From Methanobacteriota archaeon (GTDB lineage: Archaea; Thermoplasmatota; Poseidoniia; Poseidoniales; Thalassarchaeaceae), in assembly GCA_002708385.1 (NCBI GenBank), contig PANM01000013.1:87359-151358 (forward strand): 64,000 nucleotides of DNA, read 5' to 3'. The notes under the pieces were generated by a model, which was not told the DNA's origin, did not search any database, and worked only from the letters and a program-made list of their open reading frames with translations. Both the position numbers and the translations under genes were made by a program. Position 1 is the stretch's first letter. Each line of letters starts with the position of its first letter. Below, in pieces: positions 8,484 to 18,075 of this stretch.

Positions 8484-10499
8484 TCAAATAGACTCATCGT
8501 GCATATCAAATAGTCTATCCAATAGATTCCGATCAACTAAATTTGGAATAGTTATGCCAAGTTTATCGTCTAAATCCATGGCCCTTTCAACTGTCCAAAT
8601 GGCCCCCTCATTTCTAGCCCATGAACGCCTAGCTAATCCATTCAAAACATCCCAACTTATCATTGAATTAATTCTACCTTGAGAATCATCTGAACCATCT
8701 ATCAATAATCCAAATCCGCCGTTAATTACTTCCCCCCAGCCTACACCTCCCCCATTGTGTAAACTCGTCCATGTTGCTCCTCTAAACGAATCACCCACAA
8801 AATTCTGAATAGCCATATCGGCAGTGAACATGGAGCCATCCCGAATATTTGCAGTTTCACGATAGGGACTATCGGTACCCCCCACATCGTGGTGATCTCG
8901 GCCAAGAACTATCGGGGCTGAAATTAATCCCTCGCTGATTGCTCTGTTAAAAGCGCTAGCAATCATTGACCGCCCTTTTTCATCAGCATACAAAATTCGG
9001 GCTTTACTACCCACAACCAAATTGTGTTTTTCCGCCTCTAAAATCCAACGAATATTATCCTGATATTGTGTCTCAATTTCATTAGGACAATTACTGGCTA
9101 ATTCTCTAAGTACTTCTACCGCTATTTCATCTGTAATACTGAGATCTTCATCAGAACCTGAAGTGCATACCCATCTGAAAGGACCGAATCCATAATCAAA
9201 GCACATAGGGCCCATGATGTCCTCAACATATGATGGATACTTGAAGGAACCATCTTCTTCAACAATATCTGCATTAGCCCTGCTTGATTCTAGAAGGAAG
9301 GCATTACCATAATCCCAAAAAACTGTACCTCTACTACATAATCGATTAATGCTTTTTACATGTCTTCTAAGAGTACTATGAACCGCTTCTTTGAACTTTT
9401 CAGGATAATTAATCAACAGAGATTTAGATTCAGTTAATGTATAATCTACAGGCATATAACCACCCAGCCACGGATTATGTAAACTGGTTTGATCACTCGC
9501 TAGGTGTGGTGTAAATTCTATTTCTACCATATATTCCAATAAGTCAACTATATTGCCTACATATCCTAATGATACTGCTTCTTTCGATGTGACAGCGGTT
9601 TTAGCCCTCAATATTAAATCATCCAAGTTGTCATAAATCTCGGTCAACCAACCTTGGGAATACCTTTTCTCGGCTACAATAGGGTCAATTTCCGCAATGA
9701 TACATACGGCACCAGCAATAACGGCAGCTTTAGCCTGCGCTCCACTCATTCCACCTAGGCCAGAAGTTACGTAGACAATCCCGCCTAAATCTGAATCGTT
9801 TGGGACATTGAGGTATTTTCTAGCCGCATTCAAGATTGTAATTGTAGTTCCGTGGACAATCCCCTGTGGGCCAATGTACATGTATGAGCCAGCTGTCATT
9901 TGTCCATATTGCGACACCCCTAATGCGTTCATTTTCTCATAATCTTCTTGTGAAGAATAATTAGGAATAACCATTCCATTTGTTACAACCACCATAGGTG
10001 CATCTTTGTTTGATGGAAATAGCCCTAATGGATGGCCAGAATACATAACAAGAGTTTGATTTTCTGCCATTGTTGACAGATATTTCATAGTTAGAAGGTA
10101 TTGAGCCCAATTTTGGAAAACAGATCCATTCGTACCGTATGTGACTAGTTCATGGGGAAATTGTGCGACTTTTGGGTCTAGATTATTTTGTATCATCAAC
10201 ATAATTGAAGCCGCGGAAAGTGATTTTGCATTGTAATGGTGAATTGGTCTTGCATGGATCTCATATTCAGGCCTAAATCGATGCATGTATATGTGACCAT
10301 AATCATTCAACTCATTGAGAAATTCTTTCGATAATTTATCATGCCAATTATCTGGAAAATATCGTAGAGCATTTTCTATTGCAAGTTTTTTCTCAGAGTT
10401 TGACAATACTTGCGGCCTCTTTGGTGCGTGAGGAACTGAATCATCTATTGTGGCTGCAGGAGGTAAATCTCGTGGAATCCCAATTGTGTAATCTATCAT
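8484..10499 (-). CDS. hutU: Urocanate hydratase, long form (671 aa) with about 90-aa N-terminal extension
   Basis: Urocanase core motifs NNLDPKVAQFP, YGQMTAGSYMYIGPQGIVHGT, GLGGMSGAQ, GRDHHDVGGTDSPYRETA and SLHNGGGVGWG are present. N-terminal residues 20-90 (VPHAP...ALRYFP...YGHIYMHRF) go beyond the bacterial enzyme, which is about 557 aa. Confidence 0.9.
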   Translation of the reverse strand: MIDYTIGIPRDLPPAATIDDSVPHAPKRPQVLSNSEKKLAIENALRYFPDNWHDKLSKEFLNELNDYGHIYMHRFRPEYEIHARPIHHYNAKSLSAASIMLMIQNNLDPKVAQFPHELVTYGTNGSVFQNWAQYLLTMKYLSTMAENQTLVMYSGHPLGLFPSNKDAPMVVVTNGMVIPNYSSQEDYEKMNALGVSQYGQMTAGSYMYIGPQGIVHGTTITILNAARKYLNVPNDSDLGGIVYVTSGLGGMSGAQAKAAVIAGAVCIIAEIDPIVAEKRYSQGWLTEIYDNLDDLILRAKTAVTSKEAVSLGYVGNIVDLLEYMVEIEFTPHLASDQTSLHNPWLGGYMPVDYTLTESKSLLINYPEKFKEAVHSTLRRHVKSINRLCSRGTVFWDYGNAFLLESSRANADIVEEDGSFKYPSYVEDIMGPMCFDYGFGPFRWVCTSGSDEDLSITDEIAVEVLRELASNCPNEIETQYQDNIRWILEAEKHNLVVGSKARILYADEKGRSMIASAFNRAISEGLISAPIVLGRDHHDVGGTDSPYRETANIRDGSMFTADMAIQNFVGDSFRGATWTSLHNGGGVGWGEVINGGFGLLIDGSDDSQGRINSMISWDVLNGLARRSWARNEGAIWTVERAMDLDDKLGITIPNLVDRNLLDRLFDMHDESI

Positions 10500-10502
10500 T
10501 CA

Positions 10503-11126
10503 CTACCACCCTAGACGGTTTGTAAATATACTATTGATTTCAATTATTGTATTGTTGCATTGATTCAATTTGTGAACGCATTTCTCATCTAAATCTGACT
10601 TTGCATCCCCTTCCAGATATTGTGTATTGATTTTCACGTTGTAAGCTGCTATTTTAGCAGACGCCAATGCCAATTCAGAAGCCGAAGCTAGGTCGGTTAG
10701 TGCATTTACATTACAATTTGGAACTAGTGTAGAAATAGTTTTCAAAAGAATACAAGCATAATCTAAGATCTCTAAGGGGGCTGATGCCGCACCAATTGTA
10801 GCCTCCGTTATCGCTTTTTTCTTGGTCATTGCATCAGTATCCTTGGGTAATCTATATGCATTCATAACTTCATCAAAGGCCAATGCATCATTTTGCGCTA
10901 ACCGGATTGAAAATCCTAAATTAGCATCTTCGGATTCTATAATTTTATTTGCAATGTCGTGGCCATCTATCCATTTTTCACTTTTAACAGTTAATCTGGC
11001 AACCATTATCGTGAGTGCATGAGCATGGGCTAATGTGAGGCCAGCCACAGAACCCCCACCAGGAGTGGGCGCCGAAGAAGAAATTGAATCTAAGACATCC
11101 CTGTAACCATCATTCAATGTGATCAC
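10503..11126 (-). CDS. Formiminotetrahydrofolate cyclodeaminase (stand-alone FTCD C-domain)
   Basis: The cyclodeaminase signature APTPGGGSVAGLTLAHAHAL is present. It overlaps the upstream transferase gene by 17 nt. Confidence 0.75.
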   Translation of the reverse strand: MITLNDGYRDVLDSISSSAPTPGGGSVAGLTLAHAHALTIMVARLTVKSEKWIDGHDIANKIIESEDANLGFSIRLAQNDALAFDEVMNAYRLPKDTDAMTKKKAITEATIGAASAPLEILDYACILLKTISTLVPNCNVNALTDLASASELALASAKIAAYNVKINTQYLEGDAKSDLDEKCVHKLNQCNNTIIEINSIFTNRLGW

Positions 11127-12156
11127 CTCTAATTGCCCACTCGATTATATTCGAATTAGGGTCAAAATCTTCTAGTTTGTTTAACATCAATCCGTTAATG
11201 GCATAATCTACTAATTCCTGTTCACTAGCGTCCGGATTATTTCCATAATGCTGCCCGGCGGCAAGAATTGCTTCCAGTGGGACTAATCCAACCAATTCAG
11301 AAGAAATTGCCTGTAACCCTAATTTGGATGCTTCAATTCTTATAGCATCCGTAACCTGATGTAAGCCTGTCGAGTTAAAATCTAGTAAATTCATGGATAC
11401 TTGGGCAGTTTTGTCGTCATACATCCATCCTGCTGCCTGCAGATTAGAAAATATCCCGGGTTGCCTCAATGGTTTACCATTTGCATCTTTAATGGTACTT
11501 CCTTCTTCATCTTTAATAAGGTGACCACTAGTTCTAATTTTTCCAGCGATTTGATTAGCTTGTGATTTGTTGTCGGTATTCAAATTCACATTGTATGCTA
11601 TCAATAAATTTCGTCCACCAGTAGCTGTAACTCCCATTTTAGGAGTGAATTGACTTGGTCCATAATCAGGTTTCCATTCTGGTTGGGATAGTTTATCTTG
11701 AAATCCTTCATATTCCCCTCTTCGTATATCCGGTAATCTAACTCTTTGAGTTAATTTGGCAGATTCGGCATAGAGATAAATGGGTAGGTTATGTTTGGTA
11801 GAAATCGCCTTACCATAACGATGAGACAAGTCTACACAATCATCCATAGATACGTTACTTATGGGTATGAATGGAACCACATCAACTGCTCCCATTCTAG
11901 CGTGTTCCCCAGAATGCATTGTCATATCGATTAATTCTAATGCTATTGATGTACATTGAACCACAGTATCAAGTACAGATTCGGGATCACCTACCATGGT
12001 TACTACAGTTCGATTGAAATCCACTCCCATATCAATATCTAATAGCGTGACTCCTTCATTATCGAGTATTGGTTGAATTATTCTGTCGATTATTGTTTTA
12101 TCCCTACCCTCACTAAAGTTCGGTACACATTCAACCAAACGGGACGTCATCAGCAT
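11110..12156 (-). CDS. ftcD: Glutamate formimidoyltransferase (FTCD N-domain homolog)
   Basis: The hallmark N-terminus VECVPNFSEGRD is present, at about 348 aa. Confidence 0.85.
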   Translation of the reverse strand: MLMTSRLVECVPNFSEGRDKTIIDRIIQPILDNEGVTLLDIDMGVDFNRTVVTMVGDPESVLDTVVQCTSIALELIDMTMHSGEHARMGAVDVVPFIPISNVSMDDCVDLSHRYGKAISTKHNLPIYLYAESAKLTQRVRLPDIRRGEYEGFQDKLSQPEWKPDYGPSQFTPKMGVTATGGRNLLIAYNVNLNTDNKSQANQIAGKIRTSGHLIKDEEGSTIKDANGKPLRQPGIFSNLQAAGWMYDDKTAQVSMNLLDFNSTGLHQVTDAIRIEASKLGLQAISSELVGLVPLEAILAAGQHYGNNPDASEQELVDYAINGLMLNKLEDFDPNSNIIEWAIRGDHIE

Positions 12157-12188
12157 ATCCTCGAATTAGATGTTGATGAGGCTTATCA

Positions 12189-13478
12189 TCATCCATACAG
12201 TGCTTCAGGATTGCTCTTTCCTAGGTCTAATCTATTTTCGTTGATAATCTCTAATGCCAAATTTATGTCTTTTCGTGAAATTGAATTTCGATTATTGCTA
12301 ATCGCGTTCAATCCGGCTTCCATAATTAATGCCTTCAATTCCGCCCCACTAAATCCTTTGGTTTGTTTGGAAACTTGTTGGAGATTTACTTCCTTATCAG
12401 TAGGAATTCCCTTGGAAATTATTTGCAGAATATCTAGCCTACCCTCTTTGTCAGGTAATCCGATTTCAATAATTCTATCTAAACGACCGGGTCGCAACAG
12501 TGCTTTATCCAATAACTCCGGCCGATTGGTAGCAGCGATAATTTTGATATTGGAAGTAGCTTCGAAACCATCCATTTCAGCTAATAATTGCATCAAAGTC
12601 CTTTGAACCTCCCTATCACCGGATGTCGAGGAGTCTAATCTCTTTGACCCGATAGCGTCTATTTCATCTATGAAAATAATGGTTGGGGACTTTTGTTTCG
12701 CAAGGTCAAATAATTCACGGACTAATCTGCCTCCTTCACCGATATACTTCTGAGCGAGTTCTGAGCCTACTAAGCCGATGAAAGTAGCAGAGGTGGAATT
12801 TGCAAGTGCCCTTGCCATCATGGTCTTTCCTGTTCCAGGGGGCCCAGTCAATAAGACACCTTTAGGTGGAGTTAAACCCATTTTTCTGAAGGTTTCAGGC
12901 TTATTCAATGGCAATTCAATCGATTGTTTTAATTGGTTAATTTGTTCTTGCATTCCACCAATTTCTTCATACAAAGTATCTGGTTTTTCGATAATTTCTC
13001 TAGACGCCACTAAGGGATCCCAACCATCATTAAGAATGTCGATAACGGTTAGGGTATCCTGATTCATAGAAATTCTAGTTCCCGGCTTTAGTAAATCTCT
13101 ATCAATATTAGAATTGACCGAAACTTGGAATACTGTACCGTTAGAACTCCTGACAATAGCATGATTTTCTGTTAAATCTTGAATGTAACCTACTATGAAT
13201 GGTGGTTCTCGCATTATTCGAATTTCATCATCAAGTCTAGAAATTCGCTTTTTTAATTGATTGATCTCATTCTCTAAGAATAACTTTTCAGTAAGTAAAT
13301 TTTGGGAAGTTTGGGTTAATTCATTGACTTGTTTACGCAATTCTGCAACAGGGGTTTTATTTAGAGAATTCACTCTATCTTCTGAGCCTGACCCTGCTGA
13401 CATGAATATGGACATGTTCCCCATGTTTTGACATTTACCTCGCGAAGATATGATGACTGAGTACCGTTTCGCATACAT
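12189..13478 (-). CDS. pan: Proteasome-activating nucleotidase (PAN, AAA+ ATPase)
   Basis: An N-terminal coiled coil precedes Walker A GPPGTGKT, Walker B IIFIDEIDA and the second region of homology. The C-terminus LYG fits the HbYX proteasome-docking motif. The true start may be an internal Met about 20 codons in. Confidence 0.85.
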   Translation of the reverse strand: MYAKRYSVIISSRGKCQNMGNMSIFMSAGSGSEDRVNSLNKTPVAELRKQVNELTQTSQNLLTEKLFLENEINQLKKRISRLDDEIRIMREPPFIVGYIQDLTENHAIVRSSNGTVFQVSVNSNIDRDLLKPGTRISMNQDTLTVIDILNDGWDPLVASREIIEKPDTLYEEIGGMQEQINQLKQSIELPLNKPETFRKMGLTPPKGVLLTGPPGTGKTMMARALANSTSATFIGLVGSELAQKYIGEGGRLVRELFDLAKQKSPTIIFIDEIDAIGSKRLDSSTSGDREVQRTLMQLLAEMDGFEATSNIKIIAATNRPELLDKALLRPGRLDRIIEIGLPDKEGRLDILQIISKGIPTDKEVNLQQVSKQTKGFSGAELKALIMEAGLNAISNNRNSISRKDINLALEIINENRLDLGKSNPEALYG

Positions 13479-13967
13479 GTGTCTGATTGCGAACTATGTG
13501 GGTCAAACCAGGTTTCTACATACCGCACAAAAGCTTCTGGGGCAGTAATCTATGCTTGTATGAGATGTATTGAAAAATTGGGTCTAGACAAACCAATTTT
13601 GACCAACAATCGCCCTATTACCCCTAATCATAACCGATTAAAAGTCACACCTAGAAATGATATAATGAAGAAATCAGAAAAGGAATTAGCACATGATTTT
13701 CACATTAGAATCCGGAAGGCTAGGGAATCAAAAGGCTGGGAACAAAGAGAATTTGCAAGGAGGATGAACGAACGATTGAATATTGTTCAAAGGACGGAAA
13801 ATGGCAATCGCCCTCCAGACAATTTAATAAAAAAAATAGAGAAGGTGCTGGATATCGAATTAATGGTTGATTCTGAGCCATCTAATACCAGACAAACATC
13901 AACTGGCACTTCCCGAAACATGACCATTGGGGACGCTTACGACGATCTGTTTTCACGGAGAGAATGA
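13479..13967 (+). CDS. mbf1: Archaeal multiprotein-bridging factor 1 (aMBF1): N-terminal zinc ribbon plus Cro/C1-type HTH
   Basis: CELCGS...CMRC zinc ribbon, then an HTH segment (LAHDFHIRIRKARESKGWEQREFARRMNE), about 160 aa. Confidence 0.7.
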   Translation: MSDCELCGSNQVSTYRTKASGAVIYACMRCIEKLGLDKPILTNNRPITPNHNRLKVTPRNDIMKKSEKELAHDFHIRIRKARESKGWEQREFARRMNERLNIVQRTENGNRPPDNLIKKIEKVLDIELMVDSEPSNTRQTSTGTSRNMTIGDAYDDLFSRRE

Positions 13968-14508
13968 CTTGGAAGATATACCACTACATGTCATACATCT
14001 AGCTCAAGATGACCCCAAAAAGTGTACTAGTAGGAAATTATCGAGAAATGGGTTGTGTCATTTACACACAAACCTGCGACAAGCACCAAAGAGAGGGCTG
14101 TTACTAGACCCTCTATCTGGTGTTCTAATTGGGCCCGAGGATTATAATACTCTCAAAAGAGGAGCCGCAATTGTAAGTCTAGATTGTTCATGGAAGGAAA
14201 TAGATAATTCTATTAAATATCTTAATGAAAAAACAAATTTAGACAACAGAACATTACCTGTAGTACTAGCTGCAAACCCAATTTCATGGGGAAAACCGGG
14301 GAGACTTTCTAATGTCGAGGCGTTCGCAGTTTCATTAATTATTTTTGAACAATGGGAACAAGCTAGGTCTATACTACAGCCATTCAAGTTCGGAGATGAA
14401 TTCTTTAATCTAAATCGACTACCCTTAGAGGCATACTCACAGGCCAAATCGAATACAGAATTAGCTGAATTACAGTGGGAATTTTTCGACAAACCTGAGC
14501 ACGTTTAA
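13927..14508 (+). CDS. tsr3: Tsr3-family rRNA aminocarboxypropyltransferase (DUF367)
   Basis: The conserved N-terminal HLAQDDPKKCTSRKL resembles the Tsr3 DDPK(K/R)CTG(R/K)KL signature. It overlaps mbf1 by 41 nt, so the start is uncertain. Confidence 0.55.
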   Translation: MGTLTTICFHGENDLEDIPLHVIHLAQDDPKKCTSRKLSRNGLCHLHTNLRQAPKRGLLLDPLSGVLIGPEDYNTLKRGAAIVSLDCSWKEIDNSIKYLNEKTNLDNRTLPVVLAANPISWGKPGRLSNVEAFAVSLIIFEQWEQARSILQPFKFGDEFFNLNRLPLEAYSQAKSNTELAELQWEFFDKPEHV

Positions 14509-16643
14509 CGAACTCCGGAACCAGGCCCGATATCTCCGTCAGTAGTAAGGAGGGTTACGTTACCCTCTGAATCCTCTGCTGCTAACATCATGCCTTCTGA
14601 CATTATACCACGTAGTTTTCTAGGTTTCAAATTAGCCACAAATACTACTGACTTACCTACTAAATCTTCTACAGAATAATATGATTTTAAACCCGCACAA
14701 ACAGTTCTTGTCGACTCTGGTCCATCTTCTATAGTAACTACATATAATTTATCCGCATTAGGATGATTTTCAACGGATAATACCCTGCCAGTTTTCATTT
14801 CTACTTTCATAAAATCCTCGAATTCGATGTAATCCACTTCCTCTTTTGGCGGTTCCGCCAAGGCACTCTCTCTATTGAGTATTTCATCGATATCTAATTT
14901 TGTAAAAAGTGCTACAGGCTTGTTACCAAACCAATTCAATGGTCTTTCTAAATCAGCTGCGGAATCCCACAATTTGTCACTGAGTTTGTCGGATTCACCT
15001 AATTGTAACCACAATTTTTCAGCTTGGAATGGCATAAACGGGTATGTTAGAATTGCCAAAGCTTGGCAGGCTCTCCAACAAGCAGATAATGCACTTAGTG
15101 AACGATTCCTTTCTACTGAATCTTCATGTTTCATGTACGCCCAAGGTTCCGCCTGTTGAAGATATGAATTACCTGCTTGAGAGATGTTCATTATATGTCT
15201 CAATGCTTCTTTGAACCTCTGCCTTTCCATCGATTCAATAGCAGAACTGATAGAACTAGAAATTAATTCATAAAATTTGGAATGGTCACTCTCATTGTCG
15301 AATTCTATCAGTGGATTAATGCCCGAATTGGTTAATCGATTCGTTAAGGTTAGTACTCGGTGTACGAAATTACCATAATTGCCTATTAATTCATTATTTA
15401 CACGCTCTACATAATCCTCCCATCTAAAATCTGTATCATGTCCTTCTGGCATATTTATTGTAAGGTAATACCTTAGTGTATCCGGATCATATCTTTCTAG
15501 AAACGCTGGCAACCAAACTCCATGTTTTCTAGACTTACTAAATTGGCCCCCTTGTAACATTAAATATTCATTAGCGGCTACATTATCTTCGAGATGTAAC
15601 TGTTTATCTGTGTCTCTAGATTTATTCAATCCCATTAAGATTGCAGGCCAAATTATTGTGTGGAATGGAATGTTGTCCTTACCCATAAAATAGATATGTT
15701 TCAAATCTTGATTATCCTTCTTTATCCACCAATTTTCCCAAGCATTGTTGGAGTCAGGATGCTCAATAGCATATTTTTCAGCCCAAATTCTAGCGGTTGT
15801 ATAGTATCCTTGAACTGCTTCAAACCAAACATAAATTCTCTTATTCTCCCATTCTTTATCGTTAATGGGTACTTCAATACCCCATTCTAAATCTCTAGTT
15901 ATCGCTCTTGGCCGAAGACCCATATTGAGCCAATTTTTAGTCATCGCCTTGACATTCGGTTTCCATACAGTCTTTCTATCGCTTGAGTGATCTTCAAGGT
16001 CACTTTGAAAGATATCTAATCTGTAAAACAAATGGTCTGTATCTCGGATTTCTATTGCTGCATCAGGATTAGACTTAGATCTGGGTGTTTTCAATTCGTG
16101 AGCTTCGTAAGTAGATCCACAAGAATCACATTGATCCCCACGTGCATCGGGATTGCCACAATTAGGGCAGGTGCCCAAAACATACCTATCTGGTAGAAAC
16201 TTGACTTGATTATTTCCGTTGATTTCACAGTATTGTTGCATAGTTTGTTTTTCCAATAATCCTGCTTTATAGAGATCTAGAAATACCTCTTGTACGATTT
16301 CTTTATGCCGAGGGTCAGTTGTCCTATTGTAAAGAGCTCCACCAAATTCTATCCCCCTAGGATCTACATTTTCATTCCATGAACATCCTAAATCAGCTAA
16401 TGCCTTGGAATTAACAGTGTGGAATTCGTCTACAACATCTTGAGGGGAAATTCCTGCTTCTTCAGCAGTTACTGTGATTGGAGTACCGTGTTCATCTGAA
16501 CCGCTTAGCATCAATACTCTACGGCCCATGGCCCTCTCGTACTTGTACTGAATATCTGCAGGTAGAGAATTACCTGCAACATGACCTAGGTGTAAGGGCC
16601 CATTTGCATAAGGCCATGCCATGAATATAGTGGTAAATTCCAT
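14505..16643 (-). CDS. metG: Methionyl-tRNA synthetase with C-terminal EMAP/Trbp111-like tRNA-binding domain
   Basis: HIGH is present (PLHLGHV) with a KMSKS-like KFSKS. Two CxxC knuckles (CPNCGN...CDSCGS) and a C-terminal OB domain follow. I trimmed the start to the ATG at 16641-16643 (MEFTTIFMAWPYANGPLHLGHV). Confidence 0.9.
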   Translation of the reverse strand: MEFTTIFMAWPYANGPLHLGHVAGNSLPADIQYKYERAMGRRVLMLSGSDEHGTPITVTAEEAGISPQDVVDEFHTVNSKALADLGCSWNENVDPRGIEFGGALYNRTTDPRHKEIVQEVFLDLYKAGLLEKQTMQQYCEINGNNQVKFLPDRYVLGTCPNCGNPDARGDQCDSCGSTYEAHELKTPRSKSNPDAAIEIRDTDHLFYRLDIFQSDLEDHSSDRKTVWKPNVKAMTKNWLNMGLRPRAITRDLEWGIEVPINDKEWENKRIYVWFEAVQGYYTTARIWAEKYAIEHPDSNNAWENWWIKKDNQDLKHIYFMGKDNIPFHTIIWPAILMGLNKSRDTDKQLHLEDNVAANEYLMLQGGQFSKSRKHGVWLPAFLERYDPDTLRYYLTINMPEGHDTDFRWEDYVERVNNELIGNYGNFVHRVLTLTNRLTNSGINPLIEFDNESDHSKFYELISSSISSAIESMERQRFKEALRHIMNISQAGNSYLQQAEPWAYMKHEDSVERNRSLSALSACWRACQALAILTYPFMPFQAEKLWLQLGESDKLSDKLWDSAADLERPLNWFGNKPVALFTKLDIDEILNRESALAEPPKEEVDYIEFEDFMKVEMKTGRVLSVENHPNADKLYVVTIEDGPESTRTVCAGLKSYYSVEDLVGKSVVFVANLKPRKLRGIMSEGMMLAAEDSEGNVTLLTTDGDIGPGSGVR

Positions 16644-16801
16644 ACACGAATACCTCTGACTATTGCTAGTATTGTGTCTTCCGAACTCCATCATATTTAT
16701 GGCTGCATCCCCATTACAGAAGTCGGAGCACGTACATCTGTGACACACTACGTACTTAACTCGAAATTAGATTCTGCTCGGAATCTAGAGGTGATTAATC
16801 C

Positions 16802-17872
16802 TTGAATCCGTGGACACTATTAACACTCTACGCTATTCTTGCGATTGGAGTATCTTTCCTTTGTAGCATACTAGAAGCTGTCTTACTCTCCACAACAAGA
16901 GGGCACGTAGTAAGTATGACCGAATCTCATCCAAAAAGCAGTAAACTATGGATAGGATACAAAGACGACCCCGAAAAACCCCTTACAGCTATCCTTACTC
17001 TAAACACAATCGCTCACACAGTTGGCGCACTAGGGGTAGGTAGTCAGATCGCTAGAATTTACGCAGATGATACTGATTATGACCTGATTCACGGAGTAGC
17101 TTCGGCAATTCTAACATTAGGTGTGTTGTTATTTTCTGAGATTTTGCCAAAAACCGTTGGTACATTATATTGGAGAAAACTCACAGTTTCATCTGGATAC
17201 ATGCTTAGAATCTTGATCGTTTCGTCCTGGATAATTGTAAGACCTGTAGAGATAATTCGAGCAATGCTACCTGCAGTAGAAACCGAGACAGTGACTAGAG
17301 ATGAGTTATCTGTACTTGCCGATATAGCAGAGGAATCGGATATCATTGAAGAAGATGAAGAAGCAGTAATTCAAAACCTGCTAAAGTTAAGAGATTTAGA
17401 AGTTCAGAAAATTATGACTCCTAGAGTTGTAGTAGTCCACGTGTCAGCAACTGAAACAGTCCGAGAAGTTTTGGATAGGCTACCCATCATGATTTACGGA
17501 AGAATGCCAGTTGTGGGTGGTGGCATAGACAACGTTACAGGATTGGTATTACGAAGTGAGATTCTTAGAAGAGCAGCCGCAGATGAATTTGATACAACTA
17601 TGGCGGATATATCTAGAGAAGCAGTTACATGCAGATACGATGATTCCGTCGATAAGGCATTAGATATTCTGTTAGAAAACAAATCACAAATTATGATCGT
17701 TCGGGATGACTTCGGAGGAACTGTAGGTCTGGTTACTATGGAAGACGTTATTGAGACCTTACTTGGTGTAGAGATTGTTGATGAAGAAGACCAGGATGCT
17801 ATCGAGGAAGGAGCCGCTACTGAAGACCTTCGAGAACTGGCTATGAGGCGTAATAACGATAGTGAAGAGTAG
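16802..17872 (+). CDS. CNNM/CorC-type membrane protein (DUF21 transmembrane domain plus CBS pair)
   Basis: An N-terminal 4-TM DUF21-like region is followed by two CBS-like segments and an acidic tail. No CorC_HlyC C-domain is evident. Confidence 0.65.
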   Translation: MNPWTLLTLYAILAIGVSFLCSILEAVLLSTTRGHVVSMTESHPKSSKLWIGYKDDPEKPLTAILTLNTIAHTVGALGVGSQIARIYADDTDYDLIHGVASAILTLGVLLFSEILPKTVGTLYWRKLTVSSGYMLRILIVSSWIIVRPVEIIRAMLPAVETETVTRDELSVLADIAEESDIIEEDEEAVIQNLLKLRDLEVQKIMTPRVVVVHVSATETVREVLDRLPIMIYGRMPVVGGGIDNVTGLVLRSEILRRAAADEFDTTMADISREAVTCRYDDSVDKALDILLENKSQIMIVRDDFGGTVGLVTMEDVIETLLGVEIVDEEDQDAIEEGAATEDLRELAMRRNNDSEE

Positions 17873-18075
17873 TAATCTCTCATTAGAATGTATTACTTAC
17901 TGTAACAATCACTATTTGTATATGTATATGCGTCAAGTACTAGTCAATCATTTATGATTAAACAAATACCGCTAGGAAGTCAAGGGTTCGTTACCTCTGA
18001 ACAGGGATTAGGAATGATGTCAATAGGAATCAGTGATTGTGAACCTAGTATTCAAAATAACCCAAATCGTTAGAA

